A stretch of DNA of 64,000 bases from an uncultured Gemmatimonadales bacterium (lineage in GTDB: Bacteria; Gemmatimonadota; Gemmatimonadetes; Gemmatimonadales; GWC2-71-9): assembly GCA_963842945.1 (NCBI GenBank), contig CAWJIM010000002.1, positions 256,001-320,000 on the forward strand, given 5' to 3'. This document shows, one piece after another, positions 1 through 10,284 of the stretch. The notes under the pieces are model-generated. The model did not search any database. It was not told the DNA's origin and saw only the letters and a program-made list of their open reading frames with translations. The translations under genes and the position numbers were made by a program. Position 1 is the stretch's first letter. Every line of letters starts with the position of its first letter.

Positions 1-57
1 GGACATGTCCGAGGTTCGCGTCTTCCTTTCCCTCGCCATGCCGAGATGGGAGGAGCA

Positions 58-468
58 ATGAGGAGCCGACGGGTGCGGAGCGGGCTGGCTGTGTGTGGCC
101 TGGCGCTGGTGCTGGGATGCCAGGACTCGATCGTTCGGCTGCTCGGTCCGGAGAACGATCCCCAGACCGTCATCACCCCCCAAGAGTTCCGGTTTTCCGC
201 GACGGATCTGAGGAACGTGAATGACCGGGAGACCTGGACCTGGCCCAACTCGGCGCCCCAGGCCTCCCTTCATCACAGCAGCTTCCTGCATCACGGCTAC
301 GGCATACTCGTCGTTCTGGACGCCGTGGGTCAGGTGGTGGACTCGACCTTGCTCGAGTACAACCTGGACACCGAAACCCGACCGGGAACTCCCGGGAACT
401 GGACGCTCATCCTGGTCCTTGCCTCTGCACGCGGCCGCGCCGCCTTCGAGCTGACCCCGAAGCCGTGA
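58..468 (+). CDS. Hypothetical lipoprotein
   Basis: GGAGG precedes ATG58; basic N-terminus, hydrophobic stretch and lipobox-like LVLG-C. Confidence 0.6.
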   Translation: MRSRRVRSGLAVCGLALVLGCQDSIVRLLGPENDPQTVITPQEFRFSATDLRNVNDRETWTWPNSAPQASLHHSSFLHHGYGILVVLDAVGQVVDSTLLEYNLDTETRPGTPGNWTLILVLASARGRAAFELTPKP

Positions 469-487
469 GACCGCGGGAAGGAGTGAC

Positions 488-1352
488 ATGAGCATGGCAA
501 CCCTGCTCCCGCTCCTGCTCAAGACCAGCCTCGCGCTGCTGGTCTTCTCCCTGGGTCTTAGTGCCACACTGCAGGACACTACCCATCTCTTCCGCCGCCC
601 CGGCCAGCTGGCTCGGGCGCTGGTGTCGATGTTCGTGGTCATGCCGGTCTCAGCGCTGATCCTGGTCCGCGCAGTCGACCCGCCCGCGGCGGTAAAGATT
701 GCGCTGGTAGCCCTGGCGCTCTCGCCCCTGCCTCCGACCTTCCCCCGAAAGGCCCTCAAACAAGGCGGAAGGCTTTCCTACGTGGCTGGGCTCCTGGTCG
801 CGGCGACACTCGCTGGCGGTGCTGCTCATCCCCCTGTCGCTCGAGCTGATCGAGCGCAACCGGGACATGCCCCTGCAGATGCGGCCCGCCGCCGTGCTGG
901 GGCTGGTTTTCTGGTCGCTCCTGCTGCCGCTGGCGGTCGGGATCGTGGTTCGGAAGATGGCTCCGGCATTCGCCGAGCGAGCCGCCGGCCCGATCACCAC
1001 GATCGCGTTTGCGGTGCTTGTTCTGGGTGTGATCCCGATTCTGATCCGGGTATGGCCCGCGATGGTCAGCCTGGTAGGAAACGGGACGCTGCTGGCGATG
1101 GTCCTGCTCGTTCTGGTGGGTCTGGCCGCGGGGCACATCCTGGGCGGACCGGATCCGGAGGACCGTACCGTCCTGGCGCTCTCCACCGCCACCCGTCACC
1201 CCGCCATTGCCATCGCGATCGCGCAGGCCAACTTCCCGGACCAGAAGCTGGCCCCCGCTGCCATCCTGCTCTATGTGCTCGTGAGCGTGATCGCCTCGAT
1301 GCCCTATCTCAAGTGGAGCAAACGGCATCACGTCGCCGCCGGCAGTGGCTAG
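488..1352 (+). CDS. Bile acid:sodium symporter (BASS) family membrane transporter (frameshift ~812)
   Basis: ORFs 488..1372 (N-half) and 819..1352 (C-half) join into a multi-TM protein with MFVVMP, GH.LGGP and LALSTATRHPAIA motifs. Confidence 0.75.
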
Positions 1353-2996
1353 GTCCTGACCACCGGACCTGAATTCCCGCCCGCATTGCCATCGCCGGCC
1401 GATGGCTCGGAGGTTGGAGCCGGAGCCGGGAACCACTGCCCTCGGGGCACGACCTTGGGCTGCTCGGGATCTCCCTCGTAGGCCGGCACCATGATCTGCA
1501 CGCCGTGCTCGTTGAACAAATCCAGGATGTTCGAATGTAGCGCGCTGTAGAGCCGCATCATCGACTGGGCATTGTCGGTATAAGCATTGATCTCGTACAG
1601 CACGCCGAACTCACCCAACGATTTCTGCAGAACGAACGGCTCTGGCTGGCGGAGAAGCCCTCCGCGTGCGCGCGGCGGCCTCGAGCAATATCGCTTCCAC
1701 CTGACGCCAGGGGGTGCCATAGCCGATCCTCACGGTCGTATGCAGGATCAGTCCCGGATCCGGCGCCAGGGTGCTGTAGTTCACCACCTCCCTGTTCAGG
1801 ATCAGCGAGTTGGGGATGACGATCTCCTCGTTCTTGGGAGAGCGCAGATAGGTCGTCAGCAAACGGACTTGCGCTACGTCCCCGAGGTGCTCGCCCACCT
1901 TCACCCGGTCTCCCACCCTGAATGCGCGGCGGAAGGCCAGGGTCTGGCCCGCCACCAGATTGCTGATCACCGACGGTGATCCCAGGGAGAAGATGAGACC
2001 GAGCAGGAGCGTGATGCCCTTGAACGCCTCGGATCCCGAACCCGGGATGTAGGGATACGCGATGACCAGCGCAAAGGCGAACGTCAGCAGCCGAACAATT
2101 CTCTCGGTGGGCAGCGCCCAATCGGAATCGAAGCCGGGAATCGAAATCGATCCCTTGCCCACCCGCTCGAAGAACAACCGGATCGCCTGCAGGACATAGC
2201 GGGTGAGTACCACCAGGATGATCAGGAAGAACAGGTTGGGCAGAAAGCTCACTGCGCCCGCGCCGAATATTACCAGCGGTCCCAGCAGCCACTCCCTGAG
2301 CCTGATGCCGATTCCCCGGGTCCAGGGGAAGAGACGGAGGACATAGGAGACAACCGCGTAGCTGGCCAGCACCACCAGCAGGGCGGCGGTGACATCGATT
2401 ATCCGGTGCAGCCCCTGCCAGAGCTGCTCCCGGCGGACAATGGGAATCGCCCGGAAGTGCAGGTCACCGATATCCGGCTGCCACCGACGGTCGAGTGTCC
2501 TTCGAAGCCAGCGAAAGACCTGGCGTCCCAGCCAGAGCACCAGCAGCAGTGCCAGGATTGCCGCCGCGGCTCGGGCGACGTTCCTCCCCAGGACGGTTGG
2601 CTCGCGATCGCGCCGGAAGCCTCGCACTGCCTCCTGCACCCGGGGCAGGTAGGTCTGCGCCAGAACACGGGGCGTGACACCCTCGAGCTCGGCATCGGCA
2701 TGGAGCACGCCGAACAGCCTGCGGTTGCCGGCAACAACCATGCTGCCGTCGGACGTTTCCTCAACGGCGAGTGACTCCGGCGGGAGCGACCGATCGGCGG
2801 CGAACTCCGCGATCCGGTGCGAGATGTCGGCGGCGCGCCGCTCCGCGGGATAGGCGGTAACGCCCCGGACGGAGAAGAGCACGGCGCCGTCGAGTACCAC
2901 CGGCGCCGTGGGCGCCTCGACCGCGACCATGGCGGCTGTGGAGTCCTGGGCCTCGGCCCGGGCACTCACGCCGGCAGCCAGCCCGGCGATAAGCAT
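1349..2996 (-). CDS. MscS-family mechanosensitive channel with N-terminal periplasmic domain (frameshift ~1665)
   Basis: SNLVAG..RAFRVGDRVKVG...IVIPNS..VVNYS and FNEHGVQI motifs across ORFs 1611..3359 and 1349..1720; start uncertain because it is in frame with the upstream gene. Confidence 0.85.
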
Positions 2997-4119
2997 CAAG
3001 GCGACATCGCGCCGCCGGGTTCGGACCAGCCACAGCGCCCCCAGTGCGATCACCGCAACCAGCGCCGTGAAGGCGAGGAAGGCCCGCAGCAGCAGGCGGC
3101 CGAGCACCAGTCCGGCGTGGTCGATGGAGCGCTGGGCGATGCTGTCGATCGAGGCGACGGCCGCCTGGCGTTCCGCGTCGACCGCCTGGAGCACGGCCTC
3201 CCGCTCCGCCCGGATCGCGTCGACCACGGCCACCCGCTCCGCCGTGATCCGGTCCATCACCGCCGACCGCTCTCCGCCGAGGGCGGAGAAAATGGCGTTC
3301 CGCTGGGCATCGACGCCCAGCGATAGTTGGCGTCCCTGATCGGCGAGGTCTTGCAGCATCAGGCGAGCGTCCCCGTTCCAGGATCGGCGGAAGCAGGTCT
3401 CCCGCGGCCAGCTCGGTTTGCCACAGAACGCGCTTCAGCATCCCTTCGTTGAGGTAGCCCAGCCGGCTGTTGATCCCGAGGAGGCTTCGCTCCACGCTGG
3501 CGACGGTGCCGCTCAGGTTCGTCTCCATGATGGACAAGGCCTTCCAATCGCTGGAGAGGACCGACTGGCGAGCCAGGTCGCTGCCGCGAAGCGGGTGCCG
3601 GTCCGCCCAGCCTTGAACCGACTGCACGACCTGGGCGAGCGTGTCTCCGCCGCTGCCAATCATTCGGCCGGCGACCGAGCCCACGAGGCCCTGGAGTGTG
3701 TCCGAGGCGGCGAGAGCAATCGGCTGCAGGTCACCGAACGCGTCGCGCCCGTCACCCCGCCTCAGGTAGTGGGAGAGCTGCATGGTGAAGGCCCAGAGAT
3801 CGACCGTGGCCACCACCGGGTCCGACCGGAGCGAGGCCTCTTCGATCAGCGGCGTCGCCGCGATCTTCCAGCGGAGAGCCCGGCGGCGAACCGCGGTGTC
3901 GGTGCTGCGGGCCGCTATGGCGTCGGCGGTCGATTCGACGATGTAGGAAGATTCGCGCCCAGCCTCATAGACCCGCAGCTGCAGCTCGCCGGCAGTGACC
4001 TCCGATGCCTCCATGGCCGCCAGCGAAGCGGACTGCGGCGGCGCCTTGAGACAGGCGCCCACCACCAACGGCAGGAGAGCCGCTGCGGCGTATGGGGAGA
4101 AGAAGGCCGGCAGGTGCAT
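2997..4119 (-). CDS. Lipoprotein with helical/coiled-coil body and C-terminal TM segment (frameshift ~3365)
   Basis: Lipobox VVGA-C; repeated AER.AV heptads; C-terminal hydrophobic helix; no stop before the MscS sequence. Confidence 0.6.
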
Positions 4120-4181
4120 GGGTTCCCGGCTGCAGCCCTGAATTGTGTTCCGTCGGGATTTAAGGAGCTGCGGGAGCTTCA

Positions 4182-4201
4182 GAAACTGGTATTTCTGACA
4201 G
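4182..4201 (-). promoter_or_regulatory. Motif A copy 1 (GAAACTGGTATTTCTGACAG on + strand), candidate response-regulator operator
   Basis: Identical 20-mer at 14385-14404 and a related copy at 9002-9021; intergenic, upstream of the gene starting at 4119. Confidence 0.65.
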
Positions 4202-4203
4202 TC

Positions 4204-5410
4204 TTAGAAGACCTCACCGGTGCCGAAGAAGATGCCCTTGGAGCCTTCGGCCCCGAACCCGTAGTCAATGGTGATGTTCGTGTTCGAATGTTTGTTCAGC
4301 TTGATTCGGAGACCCAATCCATAGCCGCGATCGGGAACCTGGAAGCTTCCGGTGCTGTCGGTGGCGGAGGTGAGATTGAGAAATCCAACCGCACCAAAGA
4401 GCCCGTCACGAGTCAGGGTGACCCGGTACTCTACTTCCCCGTAGAGCAGGTTGGTTGCCCGGATTCTGCCCTGGGCGTAGGCCCGGCCGGTACGGCCGTT
4501 GTAATCCCAGCCGATGGCGGGAAGCTCCAGATAGGGCGGCCTGCCGCCGGTGAACCAGGCCAGGCCCCAGAGCGCAAGCACGCTCTTCTGCAGCGCGAGG
4601 GTATGCCCGGGCCTCCAGCTCCACCGATCCCCAATCTTGTTCGCTCCCCAACGCACGGGGGAAGAACCGGGCGCTGCCTCGGGCGTAGATGCCCCGAGTG
4701 GTGTTGATCGGGTTGTTCCGGCCGTCCCTCAACAGATTGAAGGAAACTCCCGAGGTGCTCGAGCTGGTGATCGTGGCCCCGCCATTGTACTCGCTGAACG
4801 GCGTAGGACCCGAGGCGGCGTTCTTGTCCACGATGTCGAAGTAGCGATTGAAGTGGTATCCGATGCCGGCCAACACTCCGTCGGTGACTTCGCGGTACAC
4901 CGTCTCGTAGAAGCGCAGCAGCTTGAAATCCATAGGCGATTCGAGCGCCGTGGGCGGGGCCGGTCCCAGCCCGTAGGTCGGCTGGTTGGTATCGAGGTAA
5001 CGCCAATCGCCCTCCAGCTTCCAGACATTCCCCGCGGTGAAAAGATTCGAGCGGCTGATCACGTTGAACTGCTGCTTGGTGGTGAAGTTCACCGAGGCAT
5101 ACAGCGTAGACAAATTGGTGTTTTCCTCGGGGCCCAGGCGGGTCACGACATTGCCGGATACGCCCAGGAGGAACCCCACCGTGGGATTGGCGCCGAAGGC
5201 GGGCAGAACGCTGATCACGAACCGGGGAGGAAGGGCGATGGTGTCGGCCAGTTTGGGCTTGCCGTGCAGCACCCGGGAGAGCACATCCATGACGTCGCGC
5301 TTCCGGACGGTGTCCTGGGTCGTCGGAGCGGGAGCCTGAGCTGCCACCCTCACGGCCGCGAACAGCAGGAAACAGCTACCGAGCGCGGGCCATCGGGAGT
5401 TCAGGGCCAC
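4204..5410 (-). CDS. Omp85/BamA-TamA family outer-membrane barrel without POTRA domains (frameshift ~4590)
   Basis: Signal peptide; amphipathic strands; GRAY (VRGY-like) loop; GYGLGLR..IDYGFG..GEVF C-terminus. Confidence 0.75.
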
Positions 5411-5416
5411 GGCGGC

Positions 5417-6229
5417 TCAGAGAGCCACCGAGAGGCTGGGCCTTCTCCCGTTTGAGGAGGCGGTCTCGGCATCGGCAAAAGACAGCACGCGGGGAAGCGT
5501 CGCCTGGATCCGGGTGCCCTGCCCCGGGGCGCTCTTCACCAGCAGCGAGCCTCCCACACCGCGCAGCCTTTGGCGCATGCTCATCATGCCGAAGCCTTCG
5601 ATTCGGTCCATATGATCGGGCTCGAAACCCATCCCCGCGTCGGAGACGACAAGCTTCAGCACGGAATCCGTGGCCTCCAACCTGACCCATACGGCGTCGG
5701 CGCCACTGTGCTTGGCCGCGTTGTGCAGCGCCTCCTGCGTCACCCGATACAACGTCAACGCCGTGGGGCCCGGCAGCTCAGCCGGCCAATTCGTGTCAGA
5801 CACGTGAATGGCGAGCCCGTAATGCTCCAGGTCCTGACACAGCGCCCGCACCGCCGGCACCAGACCGAGGTATTCCAACCGGGCCGGGTGGAGCCCGCGG
5901 GTGACGTGCTGAATATCTGCCGCAATGGACCGGACCCGCTGGGCCAGCTCGGCAACCCTGACCCCAACCGAGCGGGTGAACTGGGCAGTCGGCATTCCCA
6001 GCGCGTCCAGCTCCAGCGCCAGCACCGCGAGTTGCTGGCTGATGTCGTCATGCAGCTCACGGGCAATCCGGCTCCGTTCCGTCTCCAGCATCTGGAGCAG
6101 GCCGCCGCTGAGCCGGGCCAGGTCAGCCTCGGCGGCACGCCGGCGCTGGCTGTTGCGCACAGCCCCCCAGACCAGCAGCATGAGCGCGGTGGGCATGAGC
6201 AGAGCGGCGATGAACATTGAAAGAGTCAT
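5417..6229 (-). CDS. Sensor histidine kinase, HisKA_3 (NarX/UhpB-like)
   Basis: ERSRIARELHDD H-box, QEALHNAAKHS N-box, DAGMGF and GFG G-boxes; single N-terminal TM. Confidence 0.92.
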   Translation of the reverse strand: MTLSMFIAALLMPTALMLLVWGAVRNSQRRRAAEADLARLSGGLLQMLETERSRIARELHDDISQQLAVLALELDALGMPTAQFTRSVGVRVAELAQRVRSIAADIQHVTRGLHPARLEYLGLVPAVRALCQDLEHYGLAIHVSDTNWPAELPGPTALTLYRVTQEALHNAAKHSGADAVWVRLEATDSVLKLVVSDAGMGFEPDHMDRIEGFGMMSMRQRLRGVGGSLLVKSAPGQGTRIQATLPRVLSFADAETASSNGRRPSLSVAL

Positions 6230-6247
6230 GGCAGGAAACCGTTCCTA

Positions 6248-6985
6248 TTAGAAGCGCAAGGTCAGGCCGAGGGCCGGTCCGTTGAAGTGCACGTCGTACG
6301 TCAGGTCCTTCTCGTGATCGACATCGAGATACCGGTAGAGCGCCGATAGCGCGCAGCACCGCCCCACATCGTATGCGGCGCCGCCGTACGCCTGCCAGGT
6401 GAACTTGGACTCACCGCCGCCCAGATCTCCCTTGGCAAAGAGGTGCCATCGTTCGGCCGGCAGGTATCGCAACCCGGCGCCGATGACCGCATCGATCCAG
6501 GCCTTGCTTTCCGAGACCTCGTTGGGGCTGAGATCCACCTGCAGGTGCCAGTAGCGGGCTCCGACAACGGCGTCGATCCCGCCCCAGGGCCGAGCCAGGA
6601 TGGTGCGCCCCAGCTCCGGCTGCAGCATCAATTCGCTCAGGTCCACCGTCACACCATCTACTTGGTCGCCCAGGTTCAGAAAGAACACATCGGCCCTCAG
6701 CGCCCACAGCTCCTTGCGGGCCTCCACCAGCCCCATGACCCCGATGTCGAAGTCGTCGATGACGTCTCCCACGCCGATGCTGACGTCGGAAGTCCGGCCG
6801 GCAACTCCCACCTGGCCCTGGAGCCCGGCGGCCCAGAGATAGGGTGTGAAGGCGAACCGCCAGACCGGCTTTTCCGCCTGCGCGTCCGGCACCCGGTTGG
6901 CCTGTGCTTCAACTGTGGGGACCAGGGTCAATCCGATCGCCGCCAATAGCTCGCCTGCCAGTAGGAATCGGCAGGCGAAGCTCAC
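6248..6985 (-). CDS. Outer-membrane beta-barrel protein
   Basis: Signal peptide, W.F.FTPYLWA first strand, GPALGLTLRF terminal Phe strand. Confidence 0.75.
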   Translation of the reverse strand: MSFACRFLLAGELLAAIGLTLVPTVEAQANRVPDAQAEKPVWRFAFTPYLWAAGLQGQVGVAGRTSDVSIGVGDVIDDFDIGVMGLVEARKELWALRADVFFLNLGDQVDGVTVDLSELMLQPELGRTILARPWGGIDAVVGARYWHLQVDLSPNEVSESKAWIDAVIGAGLRYLPAERWHLFAKGDLGGGESKFTWQAYGGAAYDVGRCCALSALYRYLDVDHEKDLTYDVHFNGPALGLTLRF

Positions 6986-7681
6986 CTCGCTACCTCAGAC
7001 GGGCGTCCCTCCGGAACTCGGCTGGGTTCGGCGTGCAGCTGCACTGGGGGGCGCTCCTGCAGCCCGAATACCGCCGCGGCAGCGGCGCCGCCCAAGGAGC
7101 GGGCCTATCAGGTACAACCAGAGCTGTCCGGCCGGTCCGCCGGCAATCAGCGCGTTCACCAGAATCGGTCCGATGCCCACCGCGGGATTGAACGCACCAC
7201 CGCTGATTCCTCCGCCGGCAAAAGCGGCAACCACGATAGTGAATCCGATGGCCAGGCCGTAGAACGAGTTGCCATGGGTCTTGGCGGACGCCGCCGAATT
7301 GAGCACCACCAGAGCGAGCGCAAAGGTGTAGAGGAACTCCACCAGCACGGCTGCGGCCGGGGAGACGTCCGGTCCCGGAGCCGGCGCGAAGGTCTTCCCG
7401 GTGATGATGTAAACGATGAGGGCGGCTGCGACGGCGCCCAGGACCTGGCTGACCATGTACCCGGCCGTCTCGCCGGTCGAAGCCATCTTGCCCCGCAGGT
7501 ATACCGCCAGGGTCACCGCCGGATTGTAGTGCGCACCGGAGACGTGCCCGCCCATGTACACCATCACCATCAGCGATGATCCGATGGCGAGGGGCGCGAG
7601 GGGCGAGCCGCTCAGCACGGTGAGGCCAATCGTCAGCACCAGGAAGAACGTGCCCAGAAACTCCGTGAGATAGTTCTGCAT
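6982..7681 (-). CDS. Aquaporin / MIP family channel (C-terminal frameshift ~7090)
   Basis: EFLGTF, SGAHYNPAVT and GGAFNPAV double NPA motifs. Confidence 0.93.
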
Positions 7682-7696
7682 GGTAGGGTCCGGGAG

Positions 7697-8401
7697 TCAG
7701 ATCAGACGACGTTTGACCGCGAACTGCACCAGCTCGGCGCTGGAGTGCAGGGACAGCTGCCGCATGATTCTGTACTTGTGAAAGGCCACGGTTCGGGGAG
7801 TGATCCCCAGTGCCGCCGCCGCCTGCTTCATGGTGCTGCCGCCGGCTACCAGCCGCAGTACTTCCCGCTCCCGGGATGACAGCGAGTCCGCCTCGCACAC
7901 ATCAGCGATCCGCCGCACGGCGGCTGGGGGAGCCGCCGGGCGCCGCACCTGATGGGGATACGCTTCTCCGGCCAGCACGGTGCGGATCGCTTGCAGAAGC
8001 TCGGACGCGGGAGTGGTTTTCAGAATGTAGGCCGAGGCGCCGGACCGGAACGCCTGGGCGGCCAGCTCGGGATCGTCATGCATGGTCAGGACAATGCAAT
8101 GCACCTGGGACAGGCGGCGCCGAATCCGCTGCACGGCCTGCAGCCCGCTGAGCCGGGGCATGCTCACATCGCAGATCACCACGTCGGGCCGGAGCTCGGT
8201 GGCGGCATCCACCAGAGCAGCCCCATCGGTCACCGTGCCCAGCACGGTAAACTCCCGCTCCAGCATCTGCCGCAGCGCATCGAGGAGCAGGCTGTGATCG
8301 TCGGCTAGAAGGAGGCGGGGGCGTTTGATGGGCGATCTGGAGTAACTGCCGGCCCACCGCTCCGGGGTTCCGCTTTGCCACGAAGGGGCAGGTGCACTCA
8401 T
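7697..8401 (-). CDS. NarL/LuxR-family response regulator
   Basis: Receiver LLADDH...DVSMP plus LuxR HTH LSSREREVL...TVAFHKYRIM. Confidence 0.93.
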   Translation of the reverse strand: MSAPAPSWQSGTPERWAGSYSRSPIKRPRLLLADDHSLLLDALRQMLEREFTVLGTVTDGAALVDAATELRPDVVICDVSMPRLSGLQAVQRIRRRLSQVHCIVLTMHDDPELAAQAFRSGASAYILKTTPASELLQAIRTVLAGEAYPHQVRRPAAPPAAVRRIADVCEADSLSSREREVLRLVAGGSTMKQAAAALGITPRTVAFHKYRIMRQLSLHSSAELVQFAVKRRLI

Positions 8402-8495
8402 GCTGAGCTTGCCCTTAATGAAGGAAGCAGTCGCTTGCCTAAGGGTGTGTCGGATGGTCGATAGCCTACGGTAGGGATGCCGCTCTGACCCGGTA

Positions 8496-8512
8496 ACTGG
8501 ACCTTAGATTAG
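8496..8512 (-). promoter_or_regulatory. Motif B copy 1 (CTAATCTAAGGTCCAGT) with -10-like TACCGT 22 nt downstream
   Basis: One of four intergenic copies with conserved spacing to TANNNT; upstream of the NarL-type regulator. Confidence 0.6.
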
Positions 8513-8517
8513 GCGGT

Positions 8518-8946
8518 TTAGCCGCCCTCCCGGTCTTCAGTGATCCGTTCCCGACTTTCGGGCCAGGCAGGAACCCTGAATTGACCGGCCAGGGCAGCGT
8601 GGATGGCGGGAATGAGATCGATACCAGCTTGTGACTTGAGGACGTATCCGCGGGCGCCAGCTTCCAGGGCGGCGGCGAGCACCGCCGCGTCCGACAGGAC
8701 GCTGAGCACGACGATGGCCGACGCGGTGTTCTCGGACCGGATCTGCCGGATCGCCTCGATCCCGCCCATCCGCGGCATGGCCAGATCGATGACGACAACA
8801 TTGGGACGAAGCGCCCGGGCCAGCCGGACCGCCTCGAGGCCGTCGGCCGCTTCTCCCGCTATCTCGAACTCGGGATCGAGCAGCCTGCGGATTGCCGCAA
8901 GCAGCGGAGGATGATCGTCGGCAAGCAGAACCCGGAGCCGGGCCAT
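8518..8946 (-). CDS. Single-domain response regulator (NarL-like receiver, no HTH)
   Basis: VLLADDH...IDLAMP...GYVLK; ends before any DNA-binding domain. Confidence 0.88.
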   Translation of the reverse strand: MARLRVLLADDHPPLLAAIRRLLDPEFEIAGEAADGLEAVRLARALRPNVVVIDLAMPRMGGIEAIRQIRSENTASAIVVLSVLSDAAVLAAALEAGARGYVLKSQAGIDLIPAIHAALAGQFRVPAWPESRERITEDREGG

Positions 8947-9001
8947 AGGCACGATCCTGGAGGGGCGAAGCTCTGGCACATTAGAGATTGGGAGGTGGGG
9001 G

Positions 9002-9021
9002 GAAACTGTCAGTTGTGACAG
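9002..9021 (-). promoter_or_regulatory. Motif A copy 2 (GAAA-CTGTCA-GTTG-TGACAG, perfect inverted core)
   Basis: Palindromic CTGTCA-N4-TGACAG between divergent regulator genes; TAATGT follows 18 nt downstream on the minus strand. Confidence 0.65.
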
Positions 9022-9090
9022 CTTGCAACCTTTCGCCGCGCGGCCTTTGTCTACATACTCAGAGCAACTTCCAAAACAGTGTAGGTAACC

Positions 9091-9741
9091 ATGCCGAATC
9101 CGAGTTCGCTGGTATTCGTGGTCGACGACGATGAATCGCTCCGGCGCAGCCTGGAGCGACTGCTGCGGGTCAGCGGCTACTCGGTCCAGACCTTCTCCTC
9201 TGCCGCGGCGTTTCTGGAGCAGCCGGAGCCGGACTGTCCCAGCTGCTTACTGCTCGACATCCGGATGCCGGAGCTGACCGGGCTCGACCTGCAGCAGGCC
9301 GTCAACCAGGCGCGGCCGGCCTTGTCGGTGATCCTGATGACCGGTTATGCCGACATGGAGAGCTGCATCCTGGGAATGAAAGCCGGGGCTGCCGACTTTC
9401 TCCTGAAACCTTTCGACGACGACCAGCTGCTCCTCGCCGTCGCTACCGGACTCGCCAAAAGCCAGGAGATCCGCCAGTCGCTCGCAGAGTATGAGGAGCT
9501 GCGCCAGCGCTTCGCCCTGCTCACTCCGCGAGAGCGCCAGGTGTTCGAGCTGGTATCGGAAGGATTGTTGAACAAACAGATCGCGGGGCGGCTCGGCACC
9601 AGGGAGGGTACGGTGAAGCTGCACCGGGCCAATCTCATCCGAAAGCTGCAGGCCCGTTCGGTGAGCGATCTGGTGCGCATGGCCGACCGCCTGCGTCAGG
9701 ATGGCGCACAACACCCTCAGCCCGCCCAAGTCTCCGCCTAG
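9091..9741 (+). CDS. FixJ/NodW-type response regulator
   Basis: VFVVDDD...CLLLDIRMP...DFLLKP; LTPRERQV..GLLNKQIA..TVKLHR HTH. Confidence 0.93.
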   Translation: MPNPSSLVFVVDDDESLRRSLERLLRVSGYSVQTFSSAAAFLEQPEPDCPSCLLLDIRMPELTGLDLQQAVNQARPALSVILMTGYADMESCILGMKAGAADFLLKPFDDDQLLLAVATGLAKSQEIRQSLAEYEELRQRFALLTPRERQVFELVSEGLLNKQIAGRLGTREGTVKLHRANLIRKLQARSVSDLVRMADRLRQDGAQHPQPAQVSA

Positions 9742-9753
9742 CAAGGGAAAAGC

Positions 9754-9770
9754 CTCGACCAAGGTACAGT
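9754..9770 (+). promoter_or_regulatory. Motif B copy 2 (CTCGACCAAGGTACAGT) with TAGCTT 23 nt downstream
   Basis: Intergenic copy upstream of the receiver gene at 9835. Confidence 0.6.
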
Positions 9771-9834
9771 GGCTCGCCGGCTGACTGAACCGGTAGCTTG
9801 CACCCATCAACCCACAAGGCGGACGGGCGCGACC

Positions 9835-10284
9835 ATGCAGGGCGTATCAGCGTACCGCCACCAGTCAGCCGAGATGGACCTGCAGCGTACTCATGGCATC
9901 CTGGCAGAGGCTGACGCCGAGTCGCCTCTGATTGTCATCGTAGACGATGACTCCTCCTTCCGAACCGCGATCTCCCGGCTCCTGCGCCTCTGGGGCTTCC
10001 GCATCGAGAGCTTTGGTTCCGCGGAGGAGTTTCTTCAGCACCGCACCGGGGCACACTGCATCATTCTCGATTTGCACCTCGGAGGGATGAGCGGGTTGGA
10101 GCTGCAGACCCGCCTGGCCGAGGATGGCCGGCAGGTTCCGATCGTGTTCGTGACCGCGGTGGAGGATCCGATGGTGCGCCGAAGGGCGCTCGATGCGGGG
10201 GCAGCTGCCTATCTGGAGAAGCCGTTTGACGAGCGCCGGCTGCTGGACGTTCTCTTGAGCGTCATCGACTATCGCCCGGAGTGA
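9835..10284 (+). CDS. Single-domain response regulator (FixJ-cluster type)
   Basis: IVIVDDD...IILDLHLGGMSG...FVTA...YLEKPF; start 9835 or 9874. Confidence 0.88.
   Translation: MQGVSAYRHQSAEMDLQRTHGILAEADAESPLIVIVDDDSSFRTAISRLLRLWGFRIESFGSAEEFLQHRTGAHCIILDLHLGGMSGLELQTRLAEDGRQVPIVFVTAVEDPMVRRRALDAGAAAYLEKPFDERRLLDVLLSVIDYRPE

Noticed and set aside
4182..4201. Motif A as a LexA SOS box (CTG-N10-CAG)
   Set aside because: It was not seen before recR, cinA or comM here, and its position next to the -35 fits an activator; not fully excluded without a genome-wide scan
3418..4707. Long antisense or alternate-frame ORFs (e.g. 3418..4707, 18247..19434, 51194..52459)
   Set aside because: Shadow ORFs expected in high-GC DNA opposite well-supported genes; no recognisable motifs
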